Below, one piece after another: positions 1 through 10,307 of a stretch of DNA of 64,000 nucleotides. The position numbers and the translations under genes are program-made. Where the stretch lies: contig JAHPZH010000002.1 in assembly GCA_019058315.1 (NCBI GenBank), forward strand, positions 704,001-768,000. The letters are read 5' to 3'. The first letter of the stretch is position 1; every line of letters starts with the position of its first letter. Origin of the DNA: Candidatus Helarchaeota archaeon (GTDB lineage Archaea; Asgardarchaeota; Lokiarchaeia; Helarchaeales; RDOG01). The notes beneath the pieces were generated by a model that saw nothing but the letters and a program-made list of their open reading frames with translations, was not told the DNA's origin and did no database searches.

Positions 1-354
1 AACATCATTTTCAAAATTCCTAAATAAGGACATATTTCCACTATATTTTTCTATTTCATTTTGGTATTGCTTTAAAAAACGGTCTTTAAGTTCTTTTAAA
101 ATTAAATTAATAAATTTCTCATGTTTCTTCTCTTTTGTTAAAATTACAAAAATTAAATCACTTTCTTCTTCAAAAATAAAAGTAGTCGGATCTAAGTGTA
201 TCCTCTTAATTTCCTCACCACGTTCTGATTTAGCAAACATATGAAATGCTGACAAAAATCCAGATATTAGGCCAAAATCTGTCTCCTCTTTTTCTTTCTG
301 CCAGTTATAAAGAGGAACTCCCGAAGTATTAAGTATTAAAAATTGGTTAATCAT
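1..354 (-). CDS. Longin-domain protein (runs off window edge; missing from ORF track)
   Basis: Manual translation from ATG at 354 is open to position 1: MINQFLILNTSGVPLYNWQ...DFGLISGFLSAFHMFA...LIFVILT...LKELKDRF...YSGNMSLF. This fits the Asgard longin pattern (hhh-N-x-S-G-x-P-L-Y, L-I-S-G-F-L-S-A). Confidence 0.8.
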   Translation of the reverse strand, partial: MINQFLILNTSGVPLYNWQKEKEETDFGLISGFLSAFHMFAKSERGEEIKRIHLDPTTFIFEEESDLIFVILTKEKKHEKFINLILKELKDRFLKQYQNEIEKYSGNMSLFRNFENDV

Positions 355-695
355 TAGAAATAATTTCTTTTAATTTGTTAATAAATTTTTGATATTACAA
401 ATTAGAAGATAATAATTAAGATATTTCCTAATTATCAACTATTATTTTATATTCCCAAAGTCTTTTGATTATCTCTGAAATTTTAGATTTTTTAACAATC
501 TTTGAAATAGCTCCATATATTTTAATTGATCAATTATACCTATTTTCTTCTTTAAAATAAATTAGATTATTATAATTTGATTATAAATTAATTTTCTTAC
601 AATAACACTTATTTCTTTAACCACAAATCACCTCAAAACAATTTATAAAACAAATATACCTTATTAGAAAGATTTTTATACTTTAAAAAAGAATG

Positions 696-710
696 TAAAG
701 TTGAACTTTA
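696..710. promoter_or_regulatory. Palindrome TAAAGTT-G-AACTTTA, possible operator upstream of the radical SAM gene
   Basis: Perfect 7-1-7 inverted repeat about 25 bp upstream of the ORF start; function is inferred. Confidence 0.3.
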
Positions 711-734
711 TATAAAAACCACATTGAATAAAAA

Positions 735-1865
735 GTGAAAATAATGAAAAAAATAATGATTACTAAATCCGAAACTCCACGAATGTATAATAATTTCTAT
801 GTAACATTTGGAAAAATTTTCATTCCTTGGATTATTAAACATATTAAAAATTTTCCCTCAATCATAAAATTGTTGATAGGATATAAGAAATCTGGAAAAT
901 TAAGAAAAGAATGGGATAGAAAAGGAATTAAGGTTCCTGTATTTTTAATAATAAGCATTACCTCAAAATGCAATTTAAGATGCCTTGGATGTTATGCCGC
1001 AGCAACAGGAACAATTTGTAATAATGCGTTAAAGAAATCTCTTAATATTAGACATTGGCAAAGAATTATTAAAGAAGCTAAGGAACTAGGTGTTTATGGT
1101 TTTATTATTGCTGGTGGAGAACCATTCGTAATGTCAGATTTATTAAAATTAAATGCAGAAAACAAGGATAGATTGTTTTTAATATTTTCAAATGGGACTT
1201 TACTAAAAAAACAAGATTATGAGAATTTGAAGAAATTAAGAAATACTGCAATTATAATTAGTATTGAAGGTGACAGAGATTTAACAGATTCAAGAAGAGG
1301 CAAGGGAGTTTATGAGAAAGTAATTAGAAGTATACAAAATTTAAATAAACACGGAATTATAAATGGAATTTCGGTAACTATAACTAAGAATAATTTCAGA
1401 TTTTGGATGAATGAGAGAAATCTGGATAATTTAATAATGAAGGGTGTCCGATTAGGGTTTTTTATGGAATATATTCCTGTTGATAATAATACTGAATTAA
1501 TGTTAACAACTGAAGAAAGTAAAAAATTTAGAAAACAAATATTGTATTACCGAAAAAATAAAAAAATATTACTCATTCATTCACCGGGAGATGAAGAATA
1601 TGCGGGTGGATGTATTTCTGCTGGTAGAGGATTTGCACATATAACACCTTCAGGGGATCTAACTCCATGTCCCGTCTCTAATATAGCTACTCACAATTTA
1701 ACAAAGTCTTCTTTACGTGAAGGATTGAAAAGCCCTTTGTTTAAAATTATTAGAGATAATGAAAATTTATTAGAACCAAATGGCTCACCTTGTGCTCTAT
1801 TTTCTCATCAAAAAGAAGTAGATGAATTGGTTAAGGCAGTAAATGCATATCGAACAAGTAATTAA
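735..1865 (+). CDS. Radical SAM protein with SPASM/twitch domain
   Basis: CNLRCLGC (CxxxCxxC), GGEP, and C-terminal GC..G...I.P.G.L.PC motif. Confidence 0.9.
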   Translation: MKIMKKIMITKSETPRMYNNFYVTFGKIFIPWIIKHIKNFPSIIKLLIGYKKSGKLRKEWDRKGIKVPVFLIISITSKCNLRCLGCYAAATGTICNNALKKSLNIRHWQRIIKEAKELGVYGFIIAGGEPFVMSDLLKLNAENKDRLFLIFSNGTLLKKQDYENLKKLRNTAIIISIEGDRDLTDSRRGKGVYEKVIRSIQNLNKHGIINGISVTITKNNFRFWMNERNLDNLIMKGVRLGFFMEYIPVDNNTELMLTTEESKKFRKQILYYRKNKKILLIHSPGDEEYAGGCISAGRGFAHITPSGDLTPCPVSNIATHNLTKSSLREGLKSPLFKIIRDNENLLEPNGSPCALFSHQKEVDELVKAVNAYRTSN

Positions 1866-1898
1866 CCGTCGGATTTATATATTCTTATTTTTAAAGTA

Positions 1899-1923
1899 TG
1901 GAACAATATAGATTATTGTTCCA
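1899..1923. terminator. Hairpin between convergent genes (possible bidirectional terminator)
   Basis: TGGAACAATA-tagat-TATTGTTCCA, perfect 10-bp stem. Confidence 0.35.
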
Positions 1924-1988
1924 ATAAACTTCGCCTAAATCATAACCATAGGGATTAATAGCGCATATTAGCTACGAAGATCCTAATA

Positions 1989-2372
1989 TTACGGTAAAGC
2001 TTCTAATAGGTCTTCTTTGACTTGAGCTAATATTAATCTAATTCCACCAATACTTGGACATGCATGGCCAATAATGCATAAAATATAATTTTCTATAGGA
2101 ATTGATGTAATTTTCCCATGATCAAATTCAGCAATAACCCATTGAAAATTATTGAAATTTTTAGTCTTTTTAAATTTTTTATATTCATTAAAGACTTTAC
2201 CAGTTTTTGAGGCGATATAATCAAAATCCCATTGTTTTTCGATATTCGGATTCATTTTATATGATATAATTTTACCTTTTGCATCCATTAATAGTACAGC
2301 TTTAATGTCTGTCTCCCATTTTATCATTTTATTCAATATATTATTTATTTTCCCTAAATTAATAGATTTCAT
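1989..2372 (-). CDS. Roadblock/LC7 (MglB-like) domain protein
   Basis: 127 aa; IKAVLLMDAKGKIISY, VIAEFDHGKI, ILCIIG, SIGGIRLIL match the roadblock helix/strand pattern. Confidence 0.8.
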   Translation of the reverse strand: MKSINLGKINNILNKMIKWETDIKAVLLMDAKGKIISYKMNPNIEKQWDFDYIASKTGKVFNEYKKFKKTKNFNNFQWVIAEFDHGKITSIPIENYILCIIGHACPSIGGIRLILAQVKEDLLEALP

Positions 2373-2391
2373 ATTTATTCATTTCACTGTT

Positions 2392-3222
2392 TTATTTTAG
2401 GTTATTCTTTAACTGTACTTTTTTTAATTTTAAATCTTTAGAATGTGCAACACATGCTTTTACGCCTTTCTTATAAATTTTTTGATCATTTTCTGTAAGC
2501 CATTTTAAACTTAGATCCAACTTTTCTAGTTTTGAGAGATTTTCCAAACCTTGAATTATAGTTATATCGTTGGTCTTAAGCGATAATTCCTTTAATTGAT
2601 GAAGGTTTTCTAATCCTTCAATTTTTTTTATCGCATTGCTGTAAAGGTTTAAAATTTCTAATTGTTTGAGATTTTCCAGTCCCTCAATTTTTTTAATTCG
2701 ATTTCCCGCAAGTGACAAATAATCTAATTGAGTAAGGTTATTCAATCCCTCAATTTTATTAATATTATTCCATCCAAGATTTAAATATTGTAATTTGGTA
2801 AGTGTTTCTAATCCTTCTATTTGAGTTATATCATTTAAGTTGAGGTTTAAATGCTCCAATTGAGATAATGTATTTAGGTTCTCTATTTTCCTTATTCTAT
2901 TTTCATCAAGAAGTAGTTGTTTTAACTGTTTAAGATTTTCTAATCCTTCTATCTTCTCAATTTTATTACATCCAAAACTTAAAGCTTGTAATTGAGAAAG
3001 ACAATTTAAGCCATTAATTTTAGAAATCTCGTTTCTATCAAATCCTATTGCTGTTAAATTAGAAAGATTATCTAATCCCTCTATCGTTTTCAAATTTTGA
3101 TCTGCTAAAATCAGACCTACAACTTGTCCATTCTCAATTATATAATCGTCTTTTTCTAAATTATATTCTTTTATAAGATGATTTAACGCTAATTCTTCAG
3201 GTTTTGATTTAATTTCACTCAT
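2392..3222 (-). CDS. Leucine-rich repeat protein (SDS22-like)
   Basis: 22-aa repeats LxxLxLxxNxIxKIEGLENL; N-cap IENGQVVGL. Confidence 0.95.
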   Translation of the reverse strand: MSEIKSKPEELALNHLIKEYNLEKDDYIIENGQVVGLILADQNLKTIEGLDNLSNLTAIGFDRNEISKINGLNCLSQLQALSFGCNKIEKIEGLENLKQLKQLLLDENRIRKIENLNTLSQLEHLNLNLNDITQIEGLETLTKLQYLNLGWNNINKIEGLNNLTQLDYLSLAGNRIKKIEGLENLKQLEILNLYSNAIKKIEGLENLHQLKELSLKTNDITIIQGLENLSKLEKLDLSLKWLTENDQKIYKKGVKACVAHSKDLKLKKVQLKNNLK

Positions 3223-3251
3223 ATAACCTCATCATTCAATAGAATTTTGGA

Positions 3252-4415
3252 TTAAGATTTATATTGGGGTAAATATACCACTTGAACATCACGATTTTCC
3301 ATCTCTTGAATGGCTTTCTTATTTTCTTCATCCTCAAGGTTTATATAATTATCGTATAATTCGACACTCTTTAATTTTGTAAGGTTTTCTAAGCCTTCAA
3401 TTTTCGAGATTTTATTTGAATCCAGATATAGTGTCTCTAATTCTGTGAGATTATCTAAACCTTCTATCTTTAAAATTCTATTAGACATTAAACTCAAAAT
3501 TTTTAAATTTACTAAATTTTCTAATCCCTCAATCTTCTCTATTTGATTTAATTGTATATTAAGGTATTCCAGGTTCGTTAACGCTTCAAGCCCTTCTATT
3601 TTTTTAATTTTATTTGTATCAAGGTATAATTTTTTTAAAGTTGTTAAAGTTTCCAAACCTGATATTTTTGGTAACCAACAATCTGAAAAACTCAATTCTT
3701 CCAAATTCTTTAAATGTCCAATATTTTCTATAGTTCCTAAATTGCATTCAGAAATAACCAATTTTTTTAGGTTAATTAAATTATCCAGACCTTTTATTCC
3801 TTCAATATTCCTCCGCCGTGATGTTAACCATAGTTCTTCGAGGTTAGTTAAAGCATCCAATCCTTCGATAGTAGAAATGTTATTATCTGATAATTCGAGA
3901 ATTTTAAGGTTTTTTAAGGATGATAAATTTTCTATCTTTTCTATTTGATTTTCTCTTAGATTAAGTGACTCTAAATTCGTAAGATGCTCTAATCCTTCTA
4001 TTTTTTTTAGATAAACTCCCTCTGAACCACAACCTTGTAAATTTAGTATTTTTAAATTTTTTAAATTATCAAGACCTTGAATTTTTTTAATCTTTGTGTA
4101 TTGCAAATTTAAGGATTCTAGGTTTTCCAAAGCTTCTAATCCCTTTATTTCTGAAAGATCAAAATTTTCATAAAGGTTAAGATATCGAAGACTCGTTAAT
4201 TTTGAAAGAAGTGTCATATCATTAAAATTAGCTGCTCTTAATCTCAAACCAGCTACTTTTCCATCTTCTATGTATATAGCCAAATCTTCAGATGATTTTC
4301 TCTTAAACATTACATAATTATCAAATATTTTAAACCATTCTTCTGTCTTTTTAGTATGTTTAATTATTAAATCAAGATTTTTTCTTTCTTTATCCTCTAG
4401 GTCATTTAAGCTCAT
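3252..4415 (-). CDS. Leucine-rich repeat protein (SDS22-like)
   Basis: About 13 LRRs; GAGGTGA Shine-Dalgarno upstream; paralog of 5540-6703. Confidence 0.95.
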   Translation of the reverse strand: MSLNDLEDKERKNLDLIIKHTKKTEEWFKIFDNYVMFKRKSSEDLAIYIEDGKVAGLRLRAANFNDMTLLSKLTSLRYLNLYENFDLSEIKGLEALENLESLNLQYTKIKKIQGLDNLKNLKILNLQGCGSEGVYLKKIEGLEHLTNLESLNLRENQIEKIENLSSLKNLKILELSDNNISTIEGLDALTNLEELWLTSRRRNIEGIKGLDNLINLKKLVISECNLGTIENIGHLKNLEELSFSDCWLPKISGLETLTTLKKLYLDTNKIKKIEGLEALTNLEYLNIQLNQIEKIEGLENLVNLKILSLMSNRILKIEGLDNLTELETLYLDSNKISKIEGLENLTKLKSVELYDNYINLEDEENKKAIQEMENRDVQVVYLPQYKS

Positions 4416-4503
4416 GAAAAATCACCTCTTGTTGAAATTTTATAATTATATCTGTCTATTAATTCCTTGGGAGTAAATATACTACTTTATCTTCTTTTAT
4501 AAG

Positions 4504-5493
4504 TTAATCATCATCATTATCATAGACAAATACTTGACGATTTCTTAATTTTATTATCAATTTTTTTGATTTAGAGTCTAAATTCTGAATATTGCGTAAT
4601 CTTAATTCACGTAATAATGATAAATTAATAATTGATTTAGGTATAGTTGATATTTCATTACTAAATTCTAAGTTTTCCAGCGAGGATATATTACATATTG
4701 ATTCAGGGAAAGAGGTAAAAAGATTATGATTTAAATTGAGGTATTTAAGAGATTTTAAATTTCTTATTGACTCGGGGAGGTTTCTTAATTGATTATAACT
4801 CAGATGAACAATTTCCAAACTTGAAAGATTGCCAAATGATTCTGGAATTGTCTTTATTTGATTATCATTTAAATCTAGGTACTTAAGTAAAATTAAATTA
4901 CCAATTGAATCAGGAATCATAGATATATATTGATTGTTACCCAAAAGCAAATATCCAAGCATAATTAATTTATCCATTGAATCAGGGAGACTCTTTATCT
5001 GATTTTCAGATATATTTAAGTCTCTCAATTTTGTAAGATTACCAATTGATTCTGGTACAGTTGTTAATAAATTGGTTGCTAAACTTAACTCCTCTAGAGA
5101 TGTTAATTTCGAAATAAATTCTGGATATTCCGATAATCCATTAGCTGCTACATTTAATTCTTTTAAATTTATTAATTCTCCAATAATTTCTTGTAAAGGG
5201 TTTAATTCATTACCACCTAATGATAATTTTTCAAGTAATACAAGATTAGCTAATGAATCTGGTAATTCTGTCAACTTATTAGACCCCAAATCCAGTTCAT
5301 TTAGCATTTTTAGGTTACCAATTGAATCGGGAAGAGTTTCTAATTCATTATAATTTAAAAAAAGCTTCTTAATTAATTTAAGATTCTCCAAACCTTTTAC
5401 TTCATTTAAATCACTTATCTTCTTTTCTTTTAAGTTTAAAACCCCATTTTCTACATAAAATCTTTCTCCATTATATTCCACAAATTCATTCAA
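4504..5493 (-). CDS. Leucine-rich repeat protein (23-aa LPxSIGNL type)
   Basis: Repeats LxxLPDSIGNLxxLxxLxLxxN. Confidence 0.95.
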   Translation of the reverse strand: MNEFVEYNGERFYVENGVLNLKEKKISDLNEVKGLENLKLIKKLFLNYNELETLPDSIGNLKMLNELDLGSNKLTELPDSLANLVLLEKLSLGGNELNPLQEIIGELINLKELNVAANGLSEYPEFISKLTSLEELSLATNLLTTVPESIGNLTKLRDLNISENQIKSLPDSMDKLIMLGYLLLGNNQYISMIPDSIGNLILLKYLDLNDNQIKTIPESFGNLSSLEIVHLSYNQLRNLPESIRNLKSLKYLNLNHNLFTSFPESICNISSLENLEFSNEISTIPKSIINLSLLRELRLRNIQNLDSKSKKLIIKLRNRQVFVYDNDDD

Positions 5494-5539
5494 ATTGTGA
5501 GTTCACCTATGTATTTTTTCTTTATTATTTCTTTATAGA

Positions 5540-6703
5540 CTAGACACCTTCCCAATTAGGTTTTCTTAAAGGTTCATATATTACCTGAACTCCACGTTCT
5601 TCTAATATTTTTATTGCGTTTTTTGTTTCTTCCTCTTCAATTTTGAGATTATTTTCTTGTATCTCTAGTTCTTTTAATTTAGAGAGATGCTCTATGCCTT
5701 CTATTTTTTCAATATTATTACTATCTAATGACAGTGAATTCAAATTCGAAAGGTTTTCCAGCCCCTCAATCTTTTTAATTCGATTACCTCCGAGACCTAA
5801 ATGTTCTACATTTATTAGATTACCTAATCCCTCAATTTTTTCAATTATATTTGTTCCCAAATTGAGAATTTTTAACTTGGTTAATGTTTCAAGTCCTTCT
5901 ATCTTCTCTATTATATTAGCACCAAGATGAATATTTTTTAAATTTTTAAGGGTTTTTAAACTTGGAATACGTGTTAACTGACAATTATAAAGACCTAATT
6001 CTTCCAAACTTGGTAAATTTTCAATTTTATCTATATTGCAATAGAAATTGGATTCAAAGACTAACTTCTTGAGATTTATTAATGAATCAAGCCCCTCAAA
6101 TTCTTTAAATTTATTTGAATTTAACCATAATTCTTCGAGGTTTTTTAAATCCTCTAAATTTTCAATTTTTTCAATTTCATTATGACCCAATTCAAGTTTC
6201 TTTAAATTTTGAAGATGAGCCAAATTCTCAATTTTTTGTATGTTATTACTCGCAAGACTGAGAAATTCCAAGTTTCGGAGATTTTCCAAGTTTTTTATTT
6301 TTTCTATGGAGCAAGTTTCTAAATTTAATGATTTTAATTTTACTAAACTGTCTAAACCTTTTATTTCTGTAATTTTTCTGTTTGTACTCAAATTTAACGA
6401 TTCTAAATTTGATAGATTCGCTAAACCTTCAATTTCAGTCATTCTATTCTCGTGTAGGTCTAGATATCTTAGACTTGATAGATTTGAAAGTAAAGACATA
6501 TCATTCAACATACCCTCACGAATTCGCAACCCAACAATTTTATTGTTCTCAATATATAATGCTGAATAGTCACTAGTGTATTTCTCATCAATCTCACTAT
6601 AATTATCGTATATTTGAAACCAATCCTCTTGTTTTTCGGCATTTTTTATAATCTTATCAAAAATTTCCTTTTGTTCTTTCACTAAATCAATTGGCATTTC
6701 CAA
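5540..6703 (-). CDS. Leucine-rich repeat protein (SDS22-like)
   Basis: About 13 LRRs; N- and C-caps homologous to 3252-4415. Confidence 0.95.
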   Translation of the reverse strand: MEMPIDLVKEQKEIFDKIIKNAEKQEDWFQIYDNYSEIDEKYTSDYSALYIENNKIVGLRIREGMLNDMSLLSNLSSLRYLDLHENRMTEIEGLANLSNLESLNLSTNRKITEIKGLDSLVKLKSLNLETCSIEKIKNLENLRNLEFLSLASNNIQKIENLAHLQNLKKLELGHNEIEKIENLEDLKNLEELWLNSNKFKEFEGLDSLINLKKLVFESNFYCNIDKIENLPSLEELGLYNCQLTRIPSLKTLKNLKNIHLGANIIEKIEGLETLTKLKILNLGTNIIEKIEGLGNLINVEHLGLGGNRIKKIEGLENLSNLNSLSLDSNNIEKIEGIEHLSKLKELEIQENNLKIEEEETKNAIKILEERGVQVIYEPLRKPNWEGV

Positions 6704-6922
6704 AAATCCTCAATTTTTATTCCAATAATATTAATTTTTTATATTATTTTATTTACTCAAATTTTCATTTTTAAAAGATACCAAAAGTGCATTATGTCCT
6801 TATTGAATAAAATTAAATTATTTTTAATTTCTGAATTATTGATATTAGACATTAAACTAAATTTTTAAAATTAAAATTTTATTAATTTAGTTTAAAATAA
6901 ATAAGTTTGAGATTGGATTAAG

Positions 6923-7627
6923 ATGAATGAATTTGATTTAGATTATTTTCTTAAAAATTGGAATGATCAACTGAAAAAATATCGCCAATCATGGCCAGAA
7001 TGGAAAGAACTTGAAAATCTTGTTCAGGAATTATCGTTTGAACTCATCTATGAAGAATATATGGATGCAAATTACCTTGTTTCGGATTTATATAAGGATA
7101 ATTATTTTGTTATCCATAAAATTCCGTTTTCCGAATATGAAGAGAATAAGAAGAATGAATTTTTTGACCATCTGGATATAATCCCTTCATATTTTATTCC
7201 TCTATTAGATTTTAAAATAATTGACTTATATAATGAGGATAAGAGAAAGATAAATTATGTAAGTTATTCTGGAGGAATAGGTAGCACATTATCATCTAAA
7301 AGAATGACATGGATAAAGGAAAAAAACGAAGCTGGTGGTGCTTTGGGACTATATCCAAATCCTTGGGACGGAAGTATACCTAAAGACGAAAAATTGTTTT
7401 TATTACAATCTACTATTTCTGGAACTGATTTTTTTTGCAGTTCAAAACAGACGGTTTATGTACTTGATTTAGATAATAAGAAATATTTGCCAATAGGAAA
7501 TTTAGAGAATTTTATCCGTTGGTGCATTAAAATAAATTTGGAAACAAAAAATTGGCATAGTGAATTCTTTAATAAAACATACTTTGATGAATATAAACTT
7601 AAATATCAAGATACTTGGATGGATTGA
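6923..7627 (+). CDS. Hypothetical protein, possible SUKH (SMI1/KNR4) superfamily
   Basis: C-terminal GTDFFCSSKQTVYVLDLDNKKYLPIGNLENFIRW resembles the SUKH strand-strand-'lenFi' ending; weak match. Confidence 0.45.
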   Translation: MNEFDLDYFLKNWNDQLKKYRQSWPEWKELENLVQELSFELIYEEYMDANYLVSDLYKDNYFVIHKIPFSEYEENKKNEFFDHLDIIPSYFIPLLDFKIIDLYNEDKRKINYVSYSGGIGSTLSSKRMTWIKEKNEAGGALGLYPNPWDGSIPKDEKLFLLQSTISGTDFFCSSKQTVYVLDLDNKKYLPIGNLENFIRWCIKINLETKNWHSEFFNKTYFDEYKLKYQDTWMD

Positions 7628-7642
7628 GAGAGTTTATTAATA

Positions 7643-8491
7643 ATGGATGAATTTGACGAAATAGAGGAATTTGATGAAAAGAAAATAATTGAGTTAATTA
7701 ATAACATTGATAAAGACCCTGATCCTCTTCATAACGATATTACACCAGCTGTTCTCGAATTAGCAAAGATGGGGGGTGAAGTACTCCCCTATATAGAAGG
7801 TCTACTTGCTTCACCAAATGAAATGACACGACTTCATGCACAAAAAACGCTTGAATATGGTGTTCTTTATTATTTGGGTTGGATTCCTGGACGCGCAGAT
7901 AATGATCCACAAATTGAAGTTGCATTTAAGGAATTATGGAAAGAAAAGGGAGATTATCAATATGATGCTCCTGAAGAAAAACGAAAAGCATCCATAGAAA
8001 GTTGGATGAATTGGTATGAAAAAGATCCACTTGAACTTACACCTGATCAAATGGAAAAAATTATGGATAATATTGTAGACCCTGATATTGTTGTTGAATA
8101 TTTGTTTGTTGAAAAAGCAGAGAAACAAATTAAACCAATAAATGATGATCAAGGATATCTGTATGCCTTTATTAATATCTTTTTAGGTGGAAGATTCAGT
8201 AATGATGATGTAACTACAATTAGAAATCAGATACTCAATGAATTAAATTACTGTGTGAAAACTTATGATTCCTTTCAATCCAATAAGGTCGATTTTAATG
8301 ATTATAAATTCGGACTTGTCGATAATGATAAAAACATAACTATATTCGAAGAATTTGATGAGGAATTTTATGAAGCTCTCAAAGCATCTCTTAGGAACTT
8401 GGCAATTGTGGGTAAAAATTTTGATTTAGAGAAATTTAAAAATCATGACTTATTCTCCGAATGGTTTGAAAAATACAGTAATAGATCTTAA
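7643..8491 (+). CDS. Hypothetical protein with N-terminal HEAT-like helical repeat
   Basis: AVLELAKMGGEVLPYIEGLLASPNEMTRLHAQKTLE is a HEAT/PBS-like unit. Confidence 0.55.
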   Translation: MDEFDEIEEFDEKKIIELINNIDKDPDPLHNDITPAVLELAKMGGEVLPYIEGLLASPNEMTRLHAQKTLEYGVLYYLGWIPGRADNDPQIEVAFKELWKEKGDYQYDAPEEKRKASIESWMNWYEKDPLELTPDQMEKIMDNIVDPDIVVEYLFVEKAEKQIKPINDDQGYLYAFINIFLGGRFSNDDVTTIRNQILNELNYCVKTYDSFQSNKVDFNDYKFGLVDNDKNITIFEEFDEEFYEALKASLRNLAIVGKNFDLEKFKNHDLFSEWFEKYSNRS

Positions 8492-8538
8492 TAATTGCTT
8501 AACTTAGAAGATAAAAAAATAAAATAATTCATAATCTA

Positions 8539-9684
8539 ATGGGGTCTCCATTCATGAATAACGAGAGAGAAAAAGATAGAAATGAAATTGTAAATTTAAT
8601 TAATAAAGGATTAGATTTACAAAAACAAGGGAAATTTAAAGATGCCATAGCATGTTTTGATAAAGCCATTGAACTTAATCCTAATCTTTCTGGTGCTTGG
8701 AATAATAAGGGCGCAATTTTTCAGATTTTGGGAAAATTCGAAGATGCTATTTTTTGTTATAATAAAGCTATCGAGCTCGATCCAAAGTTAATTTTTGCTT
8801 GGAGTAATAAAGTAAAAACATTATTAGCAATGAAAAGATGGAAAAAAGCTATTGCTAGTATTAATAAAGTAATTGAACTAAACCCTGATTTTTTTGAGGC
8901 ATGGTATGATAAAGGAGTAGCTTCGGCTGAACTGGGATTGATTCAAGATTCCTTGTCTTGCTTCGAAAAGGCAATTGAACTAAATCCAAATAATAAAGAA
9001 AGTCATTATAATAAAGGACTCGCTTTATTGAAATTAGGAAAATTTAATGATGCCCTCTCTTCTTTTAATAAAGCTATTGAAATTAATCCTAATTATGCAA
9101 AAGCTTGGTTTAACAAAGGAGTAGTTTTAGAAAATTTGGGTAAAATCGATGAAAGTATTACTTGCTATGACAAAGTAATTGAACTTGATCCTACAGACAT
9201 CGAACCTTGGGTTAATAAAGGAACAGCATTAAATGATCTGGGAAAATTTGAAGATGCTTTGACTTGTTATGACAAAGTTATTGAATTAGACCCTAAAGTT
9301 CTCAATGCTTGGTTAGGAAAAGGATTAACTTTTGATAAACTAGGAAAATTTGAAGATGCTATAACTTGTTTTGATAAAATTATTGATCAAGACCCAAACT
9401 CTGTTGATGCTTGGATGGCAAAAGGAATAGCTTTATTTAAACAGAGAAAATTAGATGATGCATTATTTTGTTTTGATAAGATTACTAAACTTAAGCCAGA
9501 GGCTTTCTATGGTTTTTATAATAAAGCTGTTGTCAAATCTTTTCAAAACAAAAAAGAAGAGGCTTTAGAGCTATTAAAAATTGCAATAAAATTAAATCCG
9601 TCTTGTAAGGAGTATATGAAAACGGATTCTGAATTGGATAATATCAAACGATCAAAGGAATTTAAAGAATTGGTTGAAAATTAA
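8539..9684 (+). CDS. Tetratricopeptide repeat protein
   Basis: About 10 repeats of 34 aa (AWxNKG...G...A...FDKAIELNP); terminal YNKA...DSELDNIKRSKEF cap. Confidence 0.95.
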   Translation: MGSPFMNNEREKDRNEIVNLINKGLDLQKQGKFKDAIACFDKAIELNPNLSGAWNNKGAIFQILGKFEDAIFCYNKAIELDPKLIFAWSNKVKTLLAMKRWKKAIASINKVIELNPDFFEAWYDKGVASAELGLIQDSLSCFEKAIELNPNNKESHYNKGLALLKLGKFNDALSSFNKAIEINPNYAKAWFNKGVVLENLGKIDESITCYDKVIELDPTDIEPWVNKGTALNDLGKFEDALTCYDKVIELDPKVLNAWLGKGLTFDKLGKFEDAITCFDKIIDQDPNSVDAWMAKGIALFKQRKLDDALFCFDKITKLKPEAFYGFYNKAVVKSFQNKKEEALELLKIAIKLNPSCKEYMKTDSELDNIKRSKEFKELVEN

Positions 9685-9700
9685 CATGATTATAATTGAA

Positions 9701-10147
9701 TTATGATTGAATTTTATCCCATTTTTCACATTCTACATATAAATCCATCCTTTGTCCAGAAGGCTTTATTTTTAGCTCTGAAATAATCATATCCCATAAT
9801 TGTTTGATATTTTTTGATTCGTAATCTAATATTTTTCCACATTTTGGACATATAATGTTTATATGAGGTGAAATATTTGGGTCGAATCTTGAGCGGTTTT
9901 CAGCAAAATTTAGCTCTTGGACTAGTCCTAAATCACTAAGTAGATGCAATGTTTTATATACCGTTGCTAAGCTGATGGTGGGATTATTTTTTATTACTTC
10001 ATGATAAATCTCTTCAGCAGTGGGATGATCCTTACTTGAAAGGACAAATTCACAAATTTTTAAACGTTGGGGTGTTACTTTATATCCCTTTTCATGAAAT
10101 TTTGAAATAAGTTCTTTCCTACTTATCGATTTTTCCAAAAAATTCAA
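9701..10147 (-). CDS. Fur/PerR family transcriptional regulator
   Basis: TPQR, HPTAEEIY, SLATVYKTL, HINIICPKCG motifs; divergent from katG. Confidence 0.92.
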   Translation of the reverse strand: MNFLEKSISRKELISKFHEKGYKVTPQRLKICEFVLSSKDHPTAEEIYHEVIKNNPTISLATVYKTLHLLSDLGLVQELNFAENRSRFDPNISPHINIICPKCGKILDYESKNIKQLWDMIISELKIKPSGQRMDLYVECEKWDKIQS

Positions 10148-10241
10148 CTTTTTTTTAATGACTATTCAATTATTCTATATCTCATTAATATATGATAATT
10201 CTTAAATAATAATTTTTCTTTATAGATATTAAATACTAACG

Positions 10242-10260
10242 GATAATGATTATTATTAAC
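10242..10260. promoter_or_regulatory. Fur-box-like operator
   Basis: GATAATGATTATTATTAAC matches 16/19 positions of consensus GATAATGATAATCATTATC; lies between the fur-like gene and katG. Confidence 0.6.
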
Positions 10261-10307
10261 TAATTTTATATTCCTCGTAAATTATAAATACAAACAATCG
10301 TTGCAAA

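Noticed and set aside
410-635. Possible decayed minus-strand gene behind a GAGGTGA RBS-like site
   Set aside because: Only short frames interrupted by stops and no recognisable homology; cannot be supported as a pseudogene.
1866-1988. Hairpins considered as a SECIS-like element
   Set aside because: No in-frame TGA at a Cys position in the flanking genes; a terminator role is simpler.
3742-6576. Plus-strand ORFs antisense to the LRR genes
   Set aside because: Shadow ORFs caused by repeat periodicity.
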